Origin: Raja brachyura
Lineage: Eukaryota
Length of the DNA stretch: 64,000 bases
Assembly: GCA_963514005.1 (NCBI GenBank)
Contig: OY740796.1
Coordinates: 36,208,001-36,272,000 of the forward strand
Reading direction: 5' to 3'
Shown here: positions 12,436 through 26,274 of the stretch, one piece after another
Position numbering within the stretch: position 1 is the first letter of the stretch
Layout of the letters: every line of letters starts with the position of its first letter
Translations under genes and position numbers: made by a program
Notes under the pieces: model-generated
Told to the model about the DNA's origin: nothing
The model's input: only the letters and a program-made list of their open reading frames with translations
Database searches by the model: none

Positions 12436-15400
12436 CCACTGATTAATTGGTTGTCAGTTCTGCACCTTGGGAGCCTCTTTACCTCAAACTCTTTCATTCC
12501 CTCCTCTGAGTTTATAGTTTTCAGGCACTCGAGCGCTCATAATTCTCCCTCCTTTGATCGACTTGCTCATTGATCACCTTTCTAATAGCTGCATGTGGTT
12601 AGGGTAGGGATGAGACATTGCTGAATAACAAAATGCATATTCCTTTAAAAATATTTAAGCTCACTCACTTCATGCGAAGTATTGTAATCCATAACAAGGA
12701 AAAACTGTGAAACACATCATAATAAAGTACCTGATACTTCAGTACAAAAAATCTCTGGACTTGGAACAAATTGCCTCATTGTGGGAGTGAATACACATTA
12801 TTGTAATGCCATGCTGCTGAGGAATGCTTTTCACTTGTAGAGCTGAAAATTCAAATAAGACCACAGTGTGAAGTCATCCTCCTTTCATATAACTGTTATG
12901 AACGTTAACTATTTAACTAATTGTTACTATTTTTAATTTTATCGTGTTATTGTCTTCCTTAGTGGGTCATGCAAACTGCTATCCTGAATAATGCTTTTTA
13001 TAGGGTATGGTCGTGGGCACAAGGGATGAGTTTATAGAATCAAGGGGACAAAAGGGTTAACAAAAACTTCACAGGAAATAACTGAAGGAAAGGAGGAGTG
13101 ATGACATTTGATAGGCAAGGTCTTTAGAAGCCCACAGGAAATGTTTGCAGCCGTTGAGTGTGGTAAACAATGAGGTGGACTGCAATAGACCTTATGAGAA
13201 TGGTAATTCTGGCAGAATAGGCAAGACATGTGATGCGTAAATTTATTGTCGAGGAATGCAAGGTGAAGGTAGAAAGAAGAGAGAGAGAGAGAGACAATAA
13301 AGAGTATAGTTATAGACTATGCATACAAACAGAGGGACCTGGGCAATTATGTATTAACATTTTTGAATGTGGCAAGACAAGTCGATGGAGTGGTTAGTAT
13401 AGAATATGGAATCTTGGATTTTATAACTAGAGGTATAGATTATAAAAACAGGGAAGTCATGTTGTACTTTTATTAAACAGCAAGGCTTTAACCACAGGAC
13501 TGCATCCAATTCTGTTTAGAGATGTAGCATGGAAACAGGCCGTTCGACCCAATGAGTACGATCTGGGAGGGAGTCTAGCTTACTTCATTGACAAACAAAT
13601 GTCAGAGAGAGGCTTTTGCCAGGAAATATCTAGGCTGACCACTTTTCAAAGACATTTATCATGTCTTTTATTATGACAATCACAAATTGCTGAGATAAAC
13701 TCATTCAGAATAGTAAACATGTAACATTAATATAATTTCCACTGTTCTGTTGCATTGCAACTCACAGATGCTGTCAGTTTTCTTGTCTTTTTAACAGTGT
13801 CATTGAAAGGTTCATCAGAAACAACTATAACAAATGTTGAATAATGATACGAGGGGAAAGAAAACCCCTCTGGGAGATGAATGATCCTATGAAGCCTCTT
13901 CACAGTGTGCATTTTGAATTGATTCCTTACAGTGCTGAGAATTTGCCTCAGTAACTCATGAGCTGGCACAAGCTGACGCTGATCTTCAAGAATACAAGCA
14001 TCAAGTTCACAACCTTATTGGTCTTCCTGATTCAGTTTAATAGCAATCACAGTATTCACAACAAAATGCTGTAATCTCAAACTCAGAAAGACAACTGCTG
14101 GTTCAGCGAAGTGAGATTCTGTTTCCCACACCAAGTGTTCTTTGTACAAATCCACAAATTCACCGCTGACTTCTTATGATGAATTATTGAAATCTGTGCT
14201 GAATTTTACACAAGGTAGAAAATACTTTGTGCTTATTCTATGAAGATTCAGCCATCAGAGGTGGGAGACATTTCATAGATAGTGTAAACTGATTAAAAAA
14301 TATAGGCAGCATATATATTAGGAACTTATTTAGTAGGTCTTATGATCCTTCAGGTATGTACCTCTATTCAAAAATACCATGGTTAATTCAATTTTAGCCT
14401 CAGTTTCTCTCTCCTGGCTATTCCCCATTATTTGATTGCAGATAATCTTCACTCAGCCTTGAAGTGATTTAATAATTACCTTTCCAAACACATAAAATTC
14501 GACAATGTAAATTATTTTTATTTTAAATGGATGGCCACTTATTCTGAAACTGTGCACCCCACTCAGTTTTCTTCATCTCAATAAAACAAGACCAAGTCTC
14601 TTCAGAATCTTTCATACTTCAATAAGATAATTTCTCATTCTTCTAAATTCCAATACATTTAGGCCACAACCTTTCATCATAAATCAACCCCTTTACACCT
14701 AAAATCAACCCCTTCATACCTAGAATCAATCCAGCGAACCCTCTCTGAAATGTCTCCAGTGTGATTACATCCCTCTTAAATGTAACTGACCAAAACTGTA
14801 TGCAGTATTCTTGGTATGGTTCCCCCCCCCCCCCCCCCTCAATTTTATACTGCACCCCCGTACAAATTTCTACCCCGCAAGGATATGGAAGTTCCTTTGT
14901 TCAATAGTCTCTCATGTAAATAATAGTATTTTTATTTACTCTTTGTACCAAAGTAAATGGTACTTTGTACCAAAGTAAATATACTTATATTTTCCTACAT
15001 TACAATTTGACTACTACTTAACCTATCTGTATCTCTTTTCAGACTGTGTCTTCCCCATAACTTGCTTTTCCCATCTCTTTTCATATCATCAGCATATTTC
15101 AATCATAAGAGATTGTAGTACAGGAACGATATCTTTGGCCCACCAAGTCTGCACTGACCATCAACCACACGTTTCCATTAATCCTAGATTAATACATTTT
15201 TAATTCTGTTTTATTATATTAAGCCCTTCCATTTAATCAATATAGATTAACAATAGTAGAGAATCCAAATATCTGTGACACTTCACTAGTTGCTGAAAAA
15301 GATTACTTATCCAAGCTCGTTTCCTGTTGGTTGGTCGGTCACTTCTTTATAAAATGCTTTACCCAAAGTGACATGACATTATCTCAGGCAATAACCATAA

Positions 15401-16514
15401 ATATTTTATGAATGCTTTTTTAGATATCTAAATTCATTAGTTTCTATGCTACGAGTTAAGTTTCCAATAAACTTTAATAAGTGTTGTACATTATTTCTCT
15501 TTTCAACAAATTCACGACAGTTGCCATTTTGATTTTCTACATGTTTCGCTGCTTTGTTTTTAGTATAATAGACATTTTTGTCAAAAAGAATAAAAACAAA
15601 TTATTATTTTATAGCATGAAACCTTTGAAATTTGATTTATAAAATAATATTGATTTATGAGGAGACAAGGAACTGCAGTTGCTGGTTTACAACACATGAC
15701 AAATTGCTGAAGCAGGTCAGGCAGCCTCTCTGGAGAACATGAATAGGTCACGTTTTGGGTCAGGACCCTTCTTTGTGTCTTTTTAAAAATAAAATTAGGA
15801 ATATTTTGTCTGTGCAACTCTATAATTTGACTACAAATTAAATGAAAGTGACTCTGGTCTGAAGACAGATTCTAATTCAATTATCCCATTATCATGAAGC
15901 AAGAGGTTCCAACCTGCAAAAGCATAACATCTGCAGCGATATTTTTCAACTTAGTTTGGGCATTTGGAGTTATCTTGTTGCCGCAGTTTGAAAAAGGATT
16001 CCAAACCATTCAGGTTACAAGAAAAAAAAAAATCAAGATCAAGCCACAGTTTCAACCCATAATAATGGATTTGAAGATAGTTTCCCACATTAAATTCTTC
16101 ATGGGGATGAAATGAGCAAGCTCTGATATGTTCAGACAGATTAAAAACTGCACTTATCCCTTGGTCTCTGATGAAACTGCAATGGGAGATGCATTATATT
16201 TCAGGATCAATATTTTTGCTGTCAGTTTGTATGACCTTTGTTATAGAGATTTCTATCCCTTTACATTTGTTACATCTATCATAAACCAGTGAATATGTTG
16301 TTTGCATTGCCATTTTCCATTAGTCTACAAGAATTCTGAGGCCCATGAGTACATTATTCACCTGATGTTATTTTATTGAGAGACTTTCATTTCTTCAGCA
16401 TACTGAGCTTACATTTATGATTAATGGCTGACATAAATGACACCATGAGATTTTTGCAAATGCATTGAACTGTTTAAAAAAAAGCAATATTGATTAAAAT
16501 TGTAAAAATAGACA

Positions 16515-16975
16515 AATAGAAGTTGGGAGGTCATGTTCCTGTAGTACAATACATTGGTGAGGCCACATTTAGAGTATTGTGTTCAGTTTTCATCACCCTG
16601 TTATAGGATAAATGTTGTTAAGCTGGAAAGGGTACAGAGAAGATTTACGAGGATGTTGCCAGGACTCGAGGGCCTGAGCTACAGGGAGAGGTTGAGCAGG
16701 CTCAGACTTTATTCCTTGGAGCGCAGGTGGATGAGGAGTGATCTTATAGAGATGTGTAAGATCATAATAGGAATAGATAGGAAAAAACGCACAGTCTTTT
16801 ACCCAGACTAGGGGAATCAAGAACCAGAGGACATAGGTTTAAAAGGAACTTGATTAGAAAGGATGTCAAAGGTTACAAGGAGAAAGCAGGAGAATGGGGT
16901 TGAGAGGGAAAGATCGATCAGCCATGATCAAATGGCAGAATATACTTGATGGGCCTAATTCTGCTCCTATGACAT
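16515..16975 (+). mobile_element. CR1 LINE 3' fragment
   Basis: ORF 16554-16811 VRPHLEYCVQF...ERVQRRFTRMLPGL. Confidence 0.88.
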
Positions 16976-18691
16976 TAACTTATATTTCTGAATGTTGGGT
17001 AAAGACAGAATCTTAGCCCTTGTCATATTTATATCTTCCAGGCATGCTCTGTCCACAACAGCACCTGCGCCCAAGAAAATACATTAGAGAATGATTGTAA
17101 TCCATTGAACTGTGTCCCAGTAATGTAGTTACTGCTTTCAGGTCAGAAAACAAAGATCCTCCTTTGCCTAACCAGATGGACAGTACAGTGAAAGCAGAGA
17201 GTGAGAAGTATCTGCAGGATGCACATAAAGGTCGACCCATTCCTATATTTACCACTGGCCAACATCAATGTGTAAAGGAAGAAAGGCCAAAGATGGAGGC
17301 ACTGAGGAGTTGGAAAATGTATTACTATTATTATTTCTATTAGGCTGGAGTGGAATCCAGAGTCAACTAAATATATCACAATGACAAATCTTGGCGAGTT
17401 GGTTAAGCATTTTGAAGATCAGCTTACCTTTCTCATCATCAGAAGTGTTCATGCCAAATAAAAGTATTAGCGTTAGCATTTACTGTCAGCATTATCATGA
17501 CATAAGCAGCAATAAGGTTTGTACATGATTAATTTTGCAATTAAATGCTGAAGCTGGTGGTTGTGACTCATTGCCCCTCTGCAGTTTAGCCCCTCAATGT
17601 TTAGCTACCTCCTTTGCTGTGAGCGAGGAAAATCAGTAAACTTTAACATTGCAAAATTCATGAACCTCTCTCACTTTGAAGTGCTCTGATGATAATGTAC
17701 TGAACTGAGCAGAGCTGCCTGTGGCTGGTGGTTCTGAAGGAAACAGCCGGTGTTCAGACTCTCACACGCACGCACATCCTGAGTTTTACACCAATCCATC
17801 ATGAGTCAAGGATGAGCAGAATGACAGATGCCGGTGCATCTGTCACTCGCTCCACTCTGAGCAGGGATTCTTGTATCAGACAAAAAATATGGTTATTTCT
17901 GTTATTATTTTGACCCATATGGGAATACTGCAAGGAAACATGTCCTTCATCCAATGAGTCCACACCAACCATAAAGGTTTACATTAGTCATACCCTAACC
18001 CATATTATTCTCCCCACATTCCCATCAACTCCCCCCCTCCCAAATTCTACCAGTCATCCACACAACTAGAGGCAATTTACAGGTGGCCAGTTAATCCACC
18101 AACCAACATTTCACGTGGTTAATCTTTTGATGGCATTTTAAAATGTTTTAATTCAATTCAGCTTTGAACACATATTTGAAGCATTTTTTGCAGTTTTTCA
18201 AAGGACTTTGAATGTCAGACGCATTCAATAAGTGTTGCAGAGCTTTGCAGAATTTGATGGGAGAAAAGGTAACACCTGCAGCTTTGCTGCCTCATCTGTA
18301 GACAGTGGAAGATTAGATCCACATATCTGTACAAGTCAGTGTGAATATGATGCAAGCACCGATAGTTGTTCCTGAACTGAGTGGCTTGTTGGGCCATTTC
18401 AGAGGGCATTTAAAAGTCAACCATGTTGATTGATCAGAAGTAACACATGGCCACACTGGACAAGGGCAACAGATTTCTTCCCCAAAAAGTGACCATTGAA
18501 CCATATCAGGGCTCTCACTTAACTTTTTTTCCCTGTTGCCAGTTGGGCAACCTTGACACCTTTTTAGGTTGCCAAATGACAGTTTAGGTGGTCATTTAAG
18601 ATGGTTGCATGACGCATGTGATAATGTGCTTGGACGAAGTGCGTAGTTCCCAGTCGAATTGAATTATGCTCAATGAAGCATTCACATATTA

Positions 18692-18910
18692 TGTTCAAGA
18701 GGGAACTGCAGATGCTGGAAAATCGAAGTTTGACAAAATTGCTGGAGAACTCAGCAGGTGCGGCAGCATCTATGGAGCAATGGAAACAGACAATGTTTCA
18801 GACCGAAACCCATCAGTCTGAAGAAGGGGTTCGGCCCGAAACTTTGCCGATTTCCTTCGCTCCATAGATGCTTCCGCATCCGCTGAGTTTCTCCAGCACT
18901 CTTGTCTACA
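18692..18910. mobile_element. Penelope-like pLTR fold-back
   Basis: Same architecture as 1787-1955, with cagtctgaagaaggggttcggcccgaaac in the plus arm. Confidence 0.75.
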
Positions 18911-19453
18911 TTCATATTTTATTTCTGCTTCAAATAACTCACAAACTAAACATATTCACAAATCAAGACATGATATATACCACAATCACATGCAGCAAAA
19001 TTATAATACAATATCTCAACTCTTTTTACACATTGCAATTGATACAATTTCTATTAGTTCTTTCCACTTCCAAACAAAAATGTGTTTGGATTATTCAGCA
19101 AATGATCAACCTGTGTCAATAAATCCTGGAGAATGGTAACATATATACTTAACCATGCACACTACAGATTGATGCAAGCATGTTTGCTGTGAAGGACCGA
19201 AAATTACCATGGCATGACCATAGCATGGATCGTTATTGCTATTGGTAAAGAAACACTCTGGCTTCCCACATTATTTATCCGTAACAAAATGTACAGGTTG
19301 CAAGGAAATTTCTAAAGGCATTTTATGATAACAGCTGTTAAAACTGACTATACCCATCTGACAGGTTAAACATCACACTAACTGACAAGAGATGGCCAAA
19401 GGACATAACTGCAGCAAATGTTATTTTGGTAATAAGTTTAAAGGAGTCAAAAC

Positions 19454-20441
19454 AGGTGGCAGGAAGTGAGTAGTGGGGTACCGCAAGGCTCAGTGCTGGG
19501 ACCCCAGCTATTTACAATATACATTAATGATTTGGACGAGGGAATTGAATGCAACATCTCCAAATTTGCAGATGACACCAAGCTGCGGGGTATAGTTAGG
19601 TGTGAGGAGAATGCTAGGAGGCTGCAGGGTGATTTGGATAGGCTGAGTGAATGGGCAGATGCATGGCAGATGCAGTATAATGTGGATAAATGTGAGGTTA
19701 TCCACTTTGGTGGCATAAACATGAGGGTAGACTATTATTTGAATGGTGGCAGAGTAGGAAAAGGGGAGATGCAACAAGTGAAGAAAGCAAATGGTATGTT
19801 AGCATTCATAGCGAAAGGATTTGAGTATAGGAGCAGGGAGGTTCTACTGCAGTTGTACAGGGTTTTGGTGAGACCACACCTGGAACATTGCGTACAGTTT
19901 TGGTCTCCAAATCTGAGGAAAGACATTCTTGCCATAGAGGGGGTTCAGAGAAGGTTCACCAGACTGATTCCTGGGATGTCGGGACTTTCATATGAAGAAA
20001 GACTGGATAGACTTGGCTTGTACTCACTGGAATTTAGAAGATTGAGGGGGGATCTTATAGAAACTTACAAAATTCTTAAGGGATTGGACAAGCTAGATGC
20101 AAGAAGATTGTTCCCGATGTTGGGGGAGTCCAGGACAAGGGGCCACAGTCTAAGGATAAGGGGGAATTCCTTTAGGACCGAGATGAGGAAAACATTCTTT
20201 ACACAGAGAGTGGTGAGTCTCTGGGATTCTCTGCCACAGATGGTCATTGAGGCCAGTTCATTGGCTATATTCAAGAGGGAGTTGGATGTGGCTCTTGTGG
20301 CTAAAGGGATCAGGGAGTATGGAGAGAAGGCAGGTACAGGATACTGAGTTGGATGATCAACCATGATCATATTGAATGGCGGTGCAGGCTCGAAGGGCCG
20401 AATGGTCTACTCCTGCACCTATTTTTCTATCTTTCTATGTT
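19454..20441 (+). mobile_element. CR1 LINE 3' portion (RT C-terminal part, internal deletion)
   Basis: 293-aa frame: SGVPQGSVLGP, KFADDTK, LVRPHLEHCVQFWSP; the LGV segment normally found between GKGEMQ and VKKAN is missing; tail tttctat repeats. Confidence 0.95.
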
Positions 20442-21079
20442 CCAAAACGCCACATTATCGGACATTCAGATTAGATGTACGTGTTGTGAACAGCAATGAA
20501 GATACCCAGTTTGTACACACCAGATTAAAAAAAAGATTGATAAACGCTGTTTCCATCATTCTCACTTCTGAATTAACGTTAAAATTTCAACTGAAATATC
20601 TCCAAACCAAATTTGTGATGTATATGACTGACTGTAGAAGTAAAACCTGGATAAATCCAACGTATAGTTGTGAATATTGCTCATTAAATAACTACAGTAC
20701 TGATACTCCATATTAAGAGCATTGATTTGGCGTTAAAATGAATTCTGTAATGACGTGTCTACGGTAGCAGTGACAATCGAACACCGGTTTTAATGTTTCA
20801 CGTGTTCACAATTTAATTAATCCATCTTTATGGACTAAAACAAATAATAACATTGGGAATTAAACACATTTGATTGCATTCCGTTATCAAACATAGTCAG
20901 TGTTTGTTCTGAAGACATTTCCAGCACAATTGGGTCAGGGGGTGTGTGAATCGCTGCGGGTGGATAGATGGCGGGGGGGGGGGGGGTTGTTGAGAAGGCA
21001 ATCGGTGTGGAATGGATGGATTGAGGCAGGTGAATTTAATACGTGTTGGTTGGAGTATGTAAAATTGTGAGGGGAGAGC

Positions 21080-21800
21080 ACGGGGGATGTCAGTGGTGTT
21101 GCATGGGGGGGATCAGAATGGTATGGAGAGGGGGGGATCAGTACAGGATGAATGGGGGGGGGGGTCAGTGCAGGATGAATGGGCAGTACACAAAATGCTG
21201 GAGAAATTCAGCAGGTGAGGCAGCATCTATGGAGTGAAGGAAATAGGCAACTTTTCGGGTCGAGACCCTTCTTCAGACTGTTCCCCCCCATTCTTCTTGA
21301 AAGGGAGGATTAGTACAGGATGGATGGGGGGGGGGGGTCTGCACAGGATTAATGGGGGGGGGATCAGTACAGGATGAATGGGGGGGGGGTCAGTACAGTG
21401 TGGATCGGAGGGTCTGTGCAGGAAGAATTGGGGATCACTAGAGGATGAATGAGGGTATCAGTACAGGATGAATGGGGATCAGTAAAAGATGGGGAGATCA
21501 CTACAGGATGGATGGGGGGGGGGGGGAGGGAAATCGGTGCAGGGTAAATGGAGGGTGGGTCAGTACGGGATGAATGAGAGGATCAGTACAGGATGAATTT
21601 GGGTACCAGTGAAGGATAGATGGGAGGGTGGCAGGAGAATCAATGCGAGGTGGATAGGGTGATCAGCGCAGGATGAATAGATTAGGGGGGGTGGGGGGAG
21701 GGGGGTAGATGGGGAGGGGAGCACAGGGGATGTCAGTGAGGATTGAACAGAGGCGGGAATGGGGATCAGTGCGGGATGGAGAGGAGGGGTCCCAGGATAA
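21080..21800 (+). repeat. G-rich minisatellite, unit about gggggatcagtacaggatgaat
   Basis: Many degenerate units with variable G-run length; interrupted by a Penelope pLTR fragment at about 21186-21281. Confidence 0.85.
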
Positions 21801-22376
21801 TCAAATCAAATACGTTTATTTGTCATTGCACATCAACTGTACAACGAAATTTCATGTGCATCCCCTTCAATGGTAAACAATAAAAGACACAGGATAAAAA
21901 GATTTAAAAAAGAATAAAACACAACAACACAAACAACCATTTACTCTCACATTTACATTTACTACAAGATCAATGCATAAAATAAGTAACAGATAATAAA
22001 AAAATGCACATTATATTGCACATTCTAGCAGACAAATTTTTATATGCACCCCGAATTTTGTAGTGTTGCCCGTAGTGTTATCTGTTTGAGTTAAGTTCTC
22101 TAATGGCACGTGGGTAGAAACTGTTAGTTTGTCTGCAAGTGTGGGCCTTCAAAGACCCGTATCGCCTCCCAGAGGGCAGCAGAGTGAAAAGGTGGTTGGT
22201 AGGGTGGGATGAGTCTTGTGTGATGTTTGTCACCCGGCGTAAACATCGGGCCTTGTAAATGTCTTCCAGGGAGGGTAGTTGAGGTTTGTGATGCTCTGTG
22301 CTGTTTTAATAACCCTCTGTAGTGCCTTCCTTCCAGCCACAGTGCAGCTAGCAAACCACACCAGGATAAGAGTGGA
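21800..22376 (-). mobile_element. Rex1/Babar LINE 3' end
   Basis: Reverse complement encodes a HPTNHLFTLLPSGRRYGSL-type motif and a caaataaacgta(tttga)n tail; cut by the gap. Confidence 0.8.
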
Positions 22377-22709
22377 NNNNNNNNNNNNNNNNNNNNNNNN
22401 NNNNNNNNNNNNNNNNNNNNNNNNNNNNNNNNNNNNNNNNNNNNNNNNNNNNNNNNNNNNNNNNNNNNNNNNNNNNNNNNNNNNNNNNNNNNNNNNNNNN
22501 NNNNNNNNNNNNNNNNNNNNNNNNNNNNNNNNNNNNNNNNNNNNNNNNNNNNNNNNNNNNNNNNNNNNNNNNNNNNNNNNNNNNNNNNNNNNNNNNNNNN
22601 NNNNNNNNNNNNNNNNNNNNNNNNNNNNNNNNNNNNNNNNNNNNNNNNNNNNNNNNNNNNNNNNNNNNNNNNNNNNNNNNNNNNNNNNNNNNNNNNNNNN
22701 NNNNNNNNN
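22377..22709. other. Assembly gap (333 N)
   Basis: Run of n. Confidence 1.
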
Positions 22710-25041
22710 GGAGTTGGGGAGGAAGGAAGGTCAGCACTCCTCGGACAACATCGCCCCGCTGCCTTGGCTGTCCCTGTCCACCGCCAAGCAAAGATCCTAT
22801 AGCTATGCCTCCATCTTTCCCGCCGAAGGGGGAGGCGGTTGGGATCTCCTCGCCACCACCTTCCCTCCTCCGCCAGCCAACAGGAAGGTACGGGGCCGAC
22901 CGGGTGCAGGTCAAATATCCTATAGCCATAGGATCTTTGGTGCAGCTGCTTCGGTGGAAGGAGGCCTCCCCCTCCCTCCCTCCCTCGGCGTGCGAGAGGG
23001 TTTGTTTTGAAAGCGCCGTTTGCAGAGTGGCAGGCAGCGGCCGCAATCAGGGCGGGCGGGGTGCAGGAAGAGGGGGACGTGGAGCCGCTATCACGGCCGC
23101 TGCTGCCGCTATGCGGGGCCCGTCATTCACTCCGACCCTTCGTCACCCCGCTCCTAGTATCTTTGCCCCGCAATACAGCCGTCGCCGACACGAAACGTCA
23201 CATTCCTTTTCTCCAGAGATGCTGCCTGACCAGCTGAGTTCCCCCAGCCTTTTGTGTCTATCGGTATAAACCAGTATCTGCGGTGCCAAGCCGGGCAAAA
23301 TGAGTCGGTGTTTAGGTCGCCTGGCCGCACTTTAGGTAGTCAATGGCACCCGGGCAACCGTTAATTTCAAGCCCTGCAGATGGATTTTTATGACAATCAG
23401 TTGTTTCTATGGTCATCATTATTAATATTTAGTCATGCTTTGTTGCCTGAGGTATGAGATTATAATGGCACACAAAATCATAAGTGCTTCTTATTTCTGC
23501 TAAATAATATGTATGTGGTATATATGTCTTTTGATAAATAGTTCAAATTGTAATGAAATAGAATTTTAAAACAAATTTAAACTTCTACCATGCTCTCATA
23601 CATCCCAATTTTTATGATTTGGTCAATAAAATATTTTAAATATTAACTAAATCTGATCATTTCTGTCCTTGTTTGCCACCTGTAAGCTTTCTCCAATACC
23701 CGTCTTATCCGCTTGATCGCCTGAACAATACTGAATGCTTTAACGGACACCTGTTGACTAAGTAATATAGGGAATTAGAGTAGGGGAATTACAGGTCAGT
23801 AATATCAGAAAATTCTTGTGAGTATCTTTCTTTGTAGTGAAGGTGAGCAATTTAGTGCTGCAAGTAGTAATGGGTGACTTTAATTAAGCAGTGTGGTGTA
23901 AAGAAGATTCAACGATGGACAGATGGGCACAGAATTTTGCATGATGATTAATTTGAGGAATTTAAATAGAAATCAATCAATATTTAAAGATGATTTTGTT
24001 TCCTCTATGAGTCTTAAAAAATGGCAGAACATTCTATTATCCATTTTACTTTATTATAGCTAATGTATTTAATATCTGAATTAATTGACAGGAATTAATC
24101 GGCATGCATACTTTTATTCTAGGCTCCAAGTAAACACGTATTATTGCAATCATTTAATATCTGTAAAAATTATGCTATGGATATTGATAATTTGACTAAA
24201 TTGTTCGAAATGTTTATGTAGATCATGTGTAATCTGAAGCTATACTGACATCTTGGTAAGGCAAAGGATTTTAAACAGTTACTGAAAGTACACTAATTAC
24301 ATCCTTGGAGATATAAACTATCCTGCAGTTCCAATTCTGCTAGAAAACAATTAAAACTATTAAACAGTGTGAGACTGAGGCATCGGTGATAAGAAAGGGT
24401 GTTTTTGTGTGCATGTGTGTATGTATGTGTGGGTGTGTGGGAGGTAAGGAAGAGAATGTTTTCTTTGGCTGCAACCTAACATGCATGGGCTCTAAAGCAC
24501 AATATAATTAATAGGAGTGACATGCCTAAATATGGATGAAAGTAAAAAGGAACATGTCAGACCACAATGAAGAGAAAGAAATGAGGTATTAGATAACAAA
24601 ATCAACTGATTTTGATAACTGAACTTGAAATCAATCATTGGGATGGTAACAAGCTTAATAATAACAAGTGCTTGATCAATTCAGAATGTACCAAGATTTC
24701 AATTTTACTTAAATAAAGTTATTATATGTGGTCACAATTAACATTTATTTCTATGCAGGGAGCAAAATCTTACGGAGGAGCTGCGTTTGGAGATCTTTTG
24801 AATCAGTCCCTTAATTTCAATATAGGCAAAGAAGCTAATTATATGCCTTGTCTTTGTGGCTCAACAAATGCCACTGGTTACTATTAAAAAAGGTGGTAAA
24901 CTATTTAGATGGGTCCTTCGGAATTAATGGAGGAACTAAACAACTCTGAGTGTTGTTCGAGGTCTGACAGTGGCTTACAAGTTTGTAAAAAAAAACAATA
25001 GATGACCATAAGAGTCAATTACCATGTTTATTCATTGCAGA

Positions 25042-25460
25042 TAGACACAAAAAACTGGAGTTACACAGCAGGACATGCAGCATCCATGGAGAGGAGGAAT
25101 GGGTGATGTTTTGGGTCGAGACTCTTCTTCAGACTGTGAATCAGGCAAGAGGGAAACGAGATATGGAAGGGTACAAAGAACGTGCAAAGTGCGAAAAGCA
25201 CAGATCAAAGCAGATGATGATCAAGGTAATATGCAATGGTTCATTGTTGGATTAGGGAAAGGTGACAACGAGGCATACAAACCGTAAAATTAATCAGGAA
25301 GACAGTGAAACTAGTAGAACTAGGGTGGGAGAGGGAAAAAGAGGGTAAGCAAGGATTACTTGAAGTTAGAGAAATCAATTATCATACTACTGGGTTGTAA
25401 GCTGCTCAAGCAAAATATAAGATGCTGTTCCTCCAATTTGCATGTTGCCTCACTTCATTG
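25042..25460 (-). mobile_element. Penelope-like 3' fragment (end of GIY-YIG region plus pLTR)
   Basis: Reverse complement encodes KLEEQHLIFCLSSLQP and carries cagtctgaagaagagtctcgaccc. Confidence 0.75.
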
Positions 25461-26274
25461 CAGCTGGACCAACCATGTGGTCTGATTTTAAAGCTAATGA
25501 GGATTTTTTTTTAAGAACAAAGTTAACAGAAAATATCCTTGAGCTACAATCAGTTTCTTACAATCTGGCCCGCATCTGTTGGTGCACCGCAAGCAAAAGC
25601 CTTCAGCTGTTTCCCATTCCTGTGAAATATCTAGATCCCCATACAATCTCATATAGATTTGTGACACGAGCTTTGCTGCCCTGCCTTACATTATGATGCA
25701 GCAGACTATCTAGAAACATAGTGTAGGTATCACCTAATCCTATCTCTCATCTCTCTCAGGAAATGGCCTATTGATCAGAAAATAAACCTGTCAGCTCAAG
25801 GGCAGAATGACACACAAAAGATCAATAGATAGGTACAAATGCAGCTATGTTCATCTGATACGCGATAAAGTGATCAATTTGGTATTTGCACCAAGCACAC
25901 CAATTATAGTACGTCACATATCAGCATAATCAACAACGGGAAAATTTACCAAAAGGTCAATGCCCCTAAATAACGTAAGCAGGTCACTGCAGAAGTGTGT
26001 TTGGGGTAAGTATGGACAGAGGGAATGAAATGTATAGGCACTGCTGGAAAGACGTGGTATTGATATTGATGTGTGACTACTCATGCAAATGTTGCATGAC
26101 ATTTCTATAACATTAAATCAATAGGTTTCATTGTAATCATCCCTCCATCAACACAGATGTTCTCCTGGGAAGAAGTGCAGGCTGCAGCCCTATTCAACTG
26201 GGCATGAGTTCAGGAAACTTTGTCTAAATTAAGCCAAGTGATATGATTCACATTCCTGACCTGCCTGAATATAC

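Larger units (their letters stand above)
18507..23376. mobile_element. Non-autonomous hAT-like DNA transposon hosting nested insertions and spanning an assembly gap
   Basis: Ends CAGGGCTctcacttaac / gttaatttcaAGCCCTG; subterminal ggttgcc/ggcaacc repeats at both ends; flanks catat / cagat; the interrupted repeat appears to resume after 23376. Confidence 0.6.

Noticed and set aside
13727-13969. KKTRK-containing ORF as a lost C2-domain exon
   Set aside because: No other C2 motifs in frame; similarity limited to a few residues.
22279-23269. Long ORFs of 243, 232 and 154 aa
   Set aside because: Two run through the N gap; the rest is GC-rich transposon interior and a pLTR fragment with no recognisable domain.
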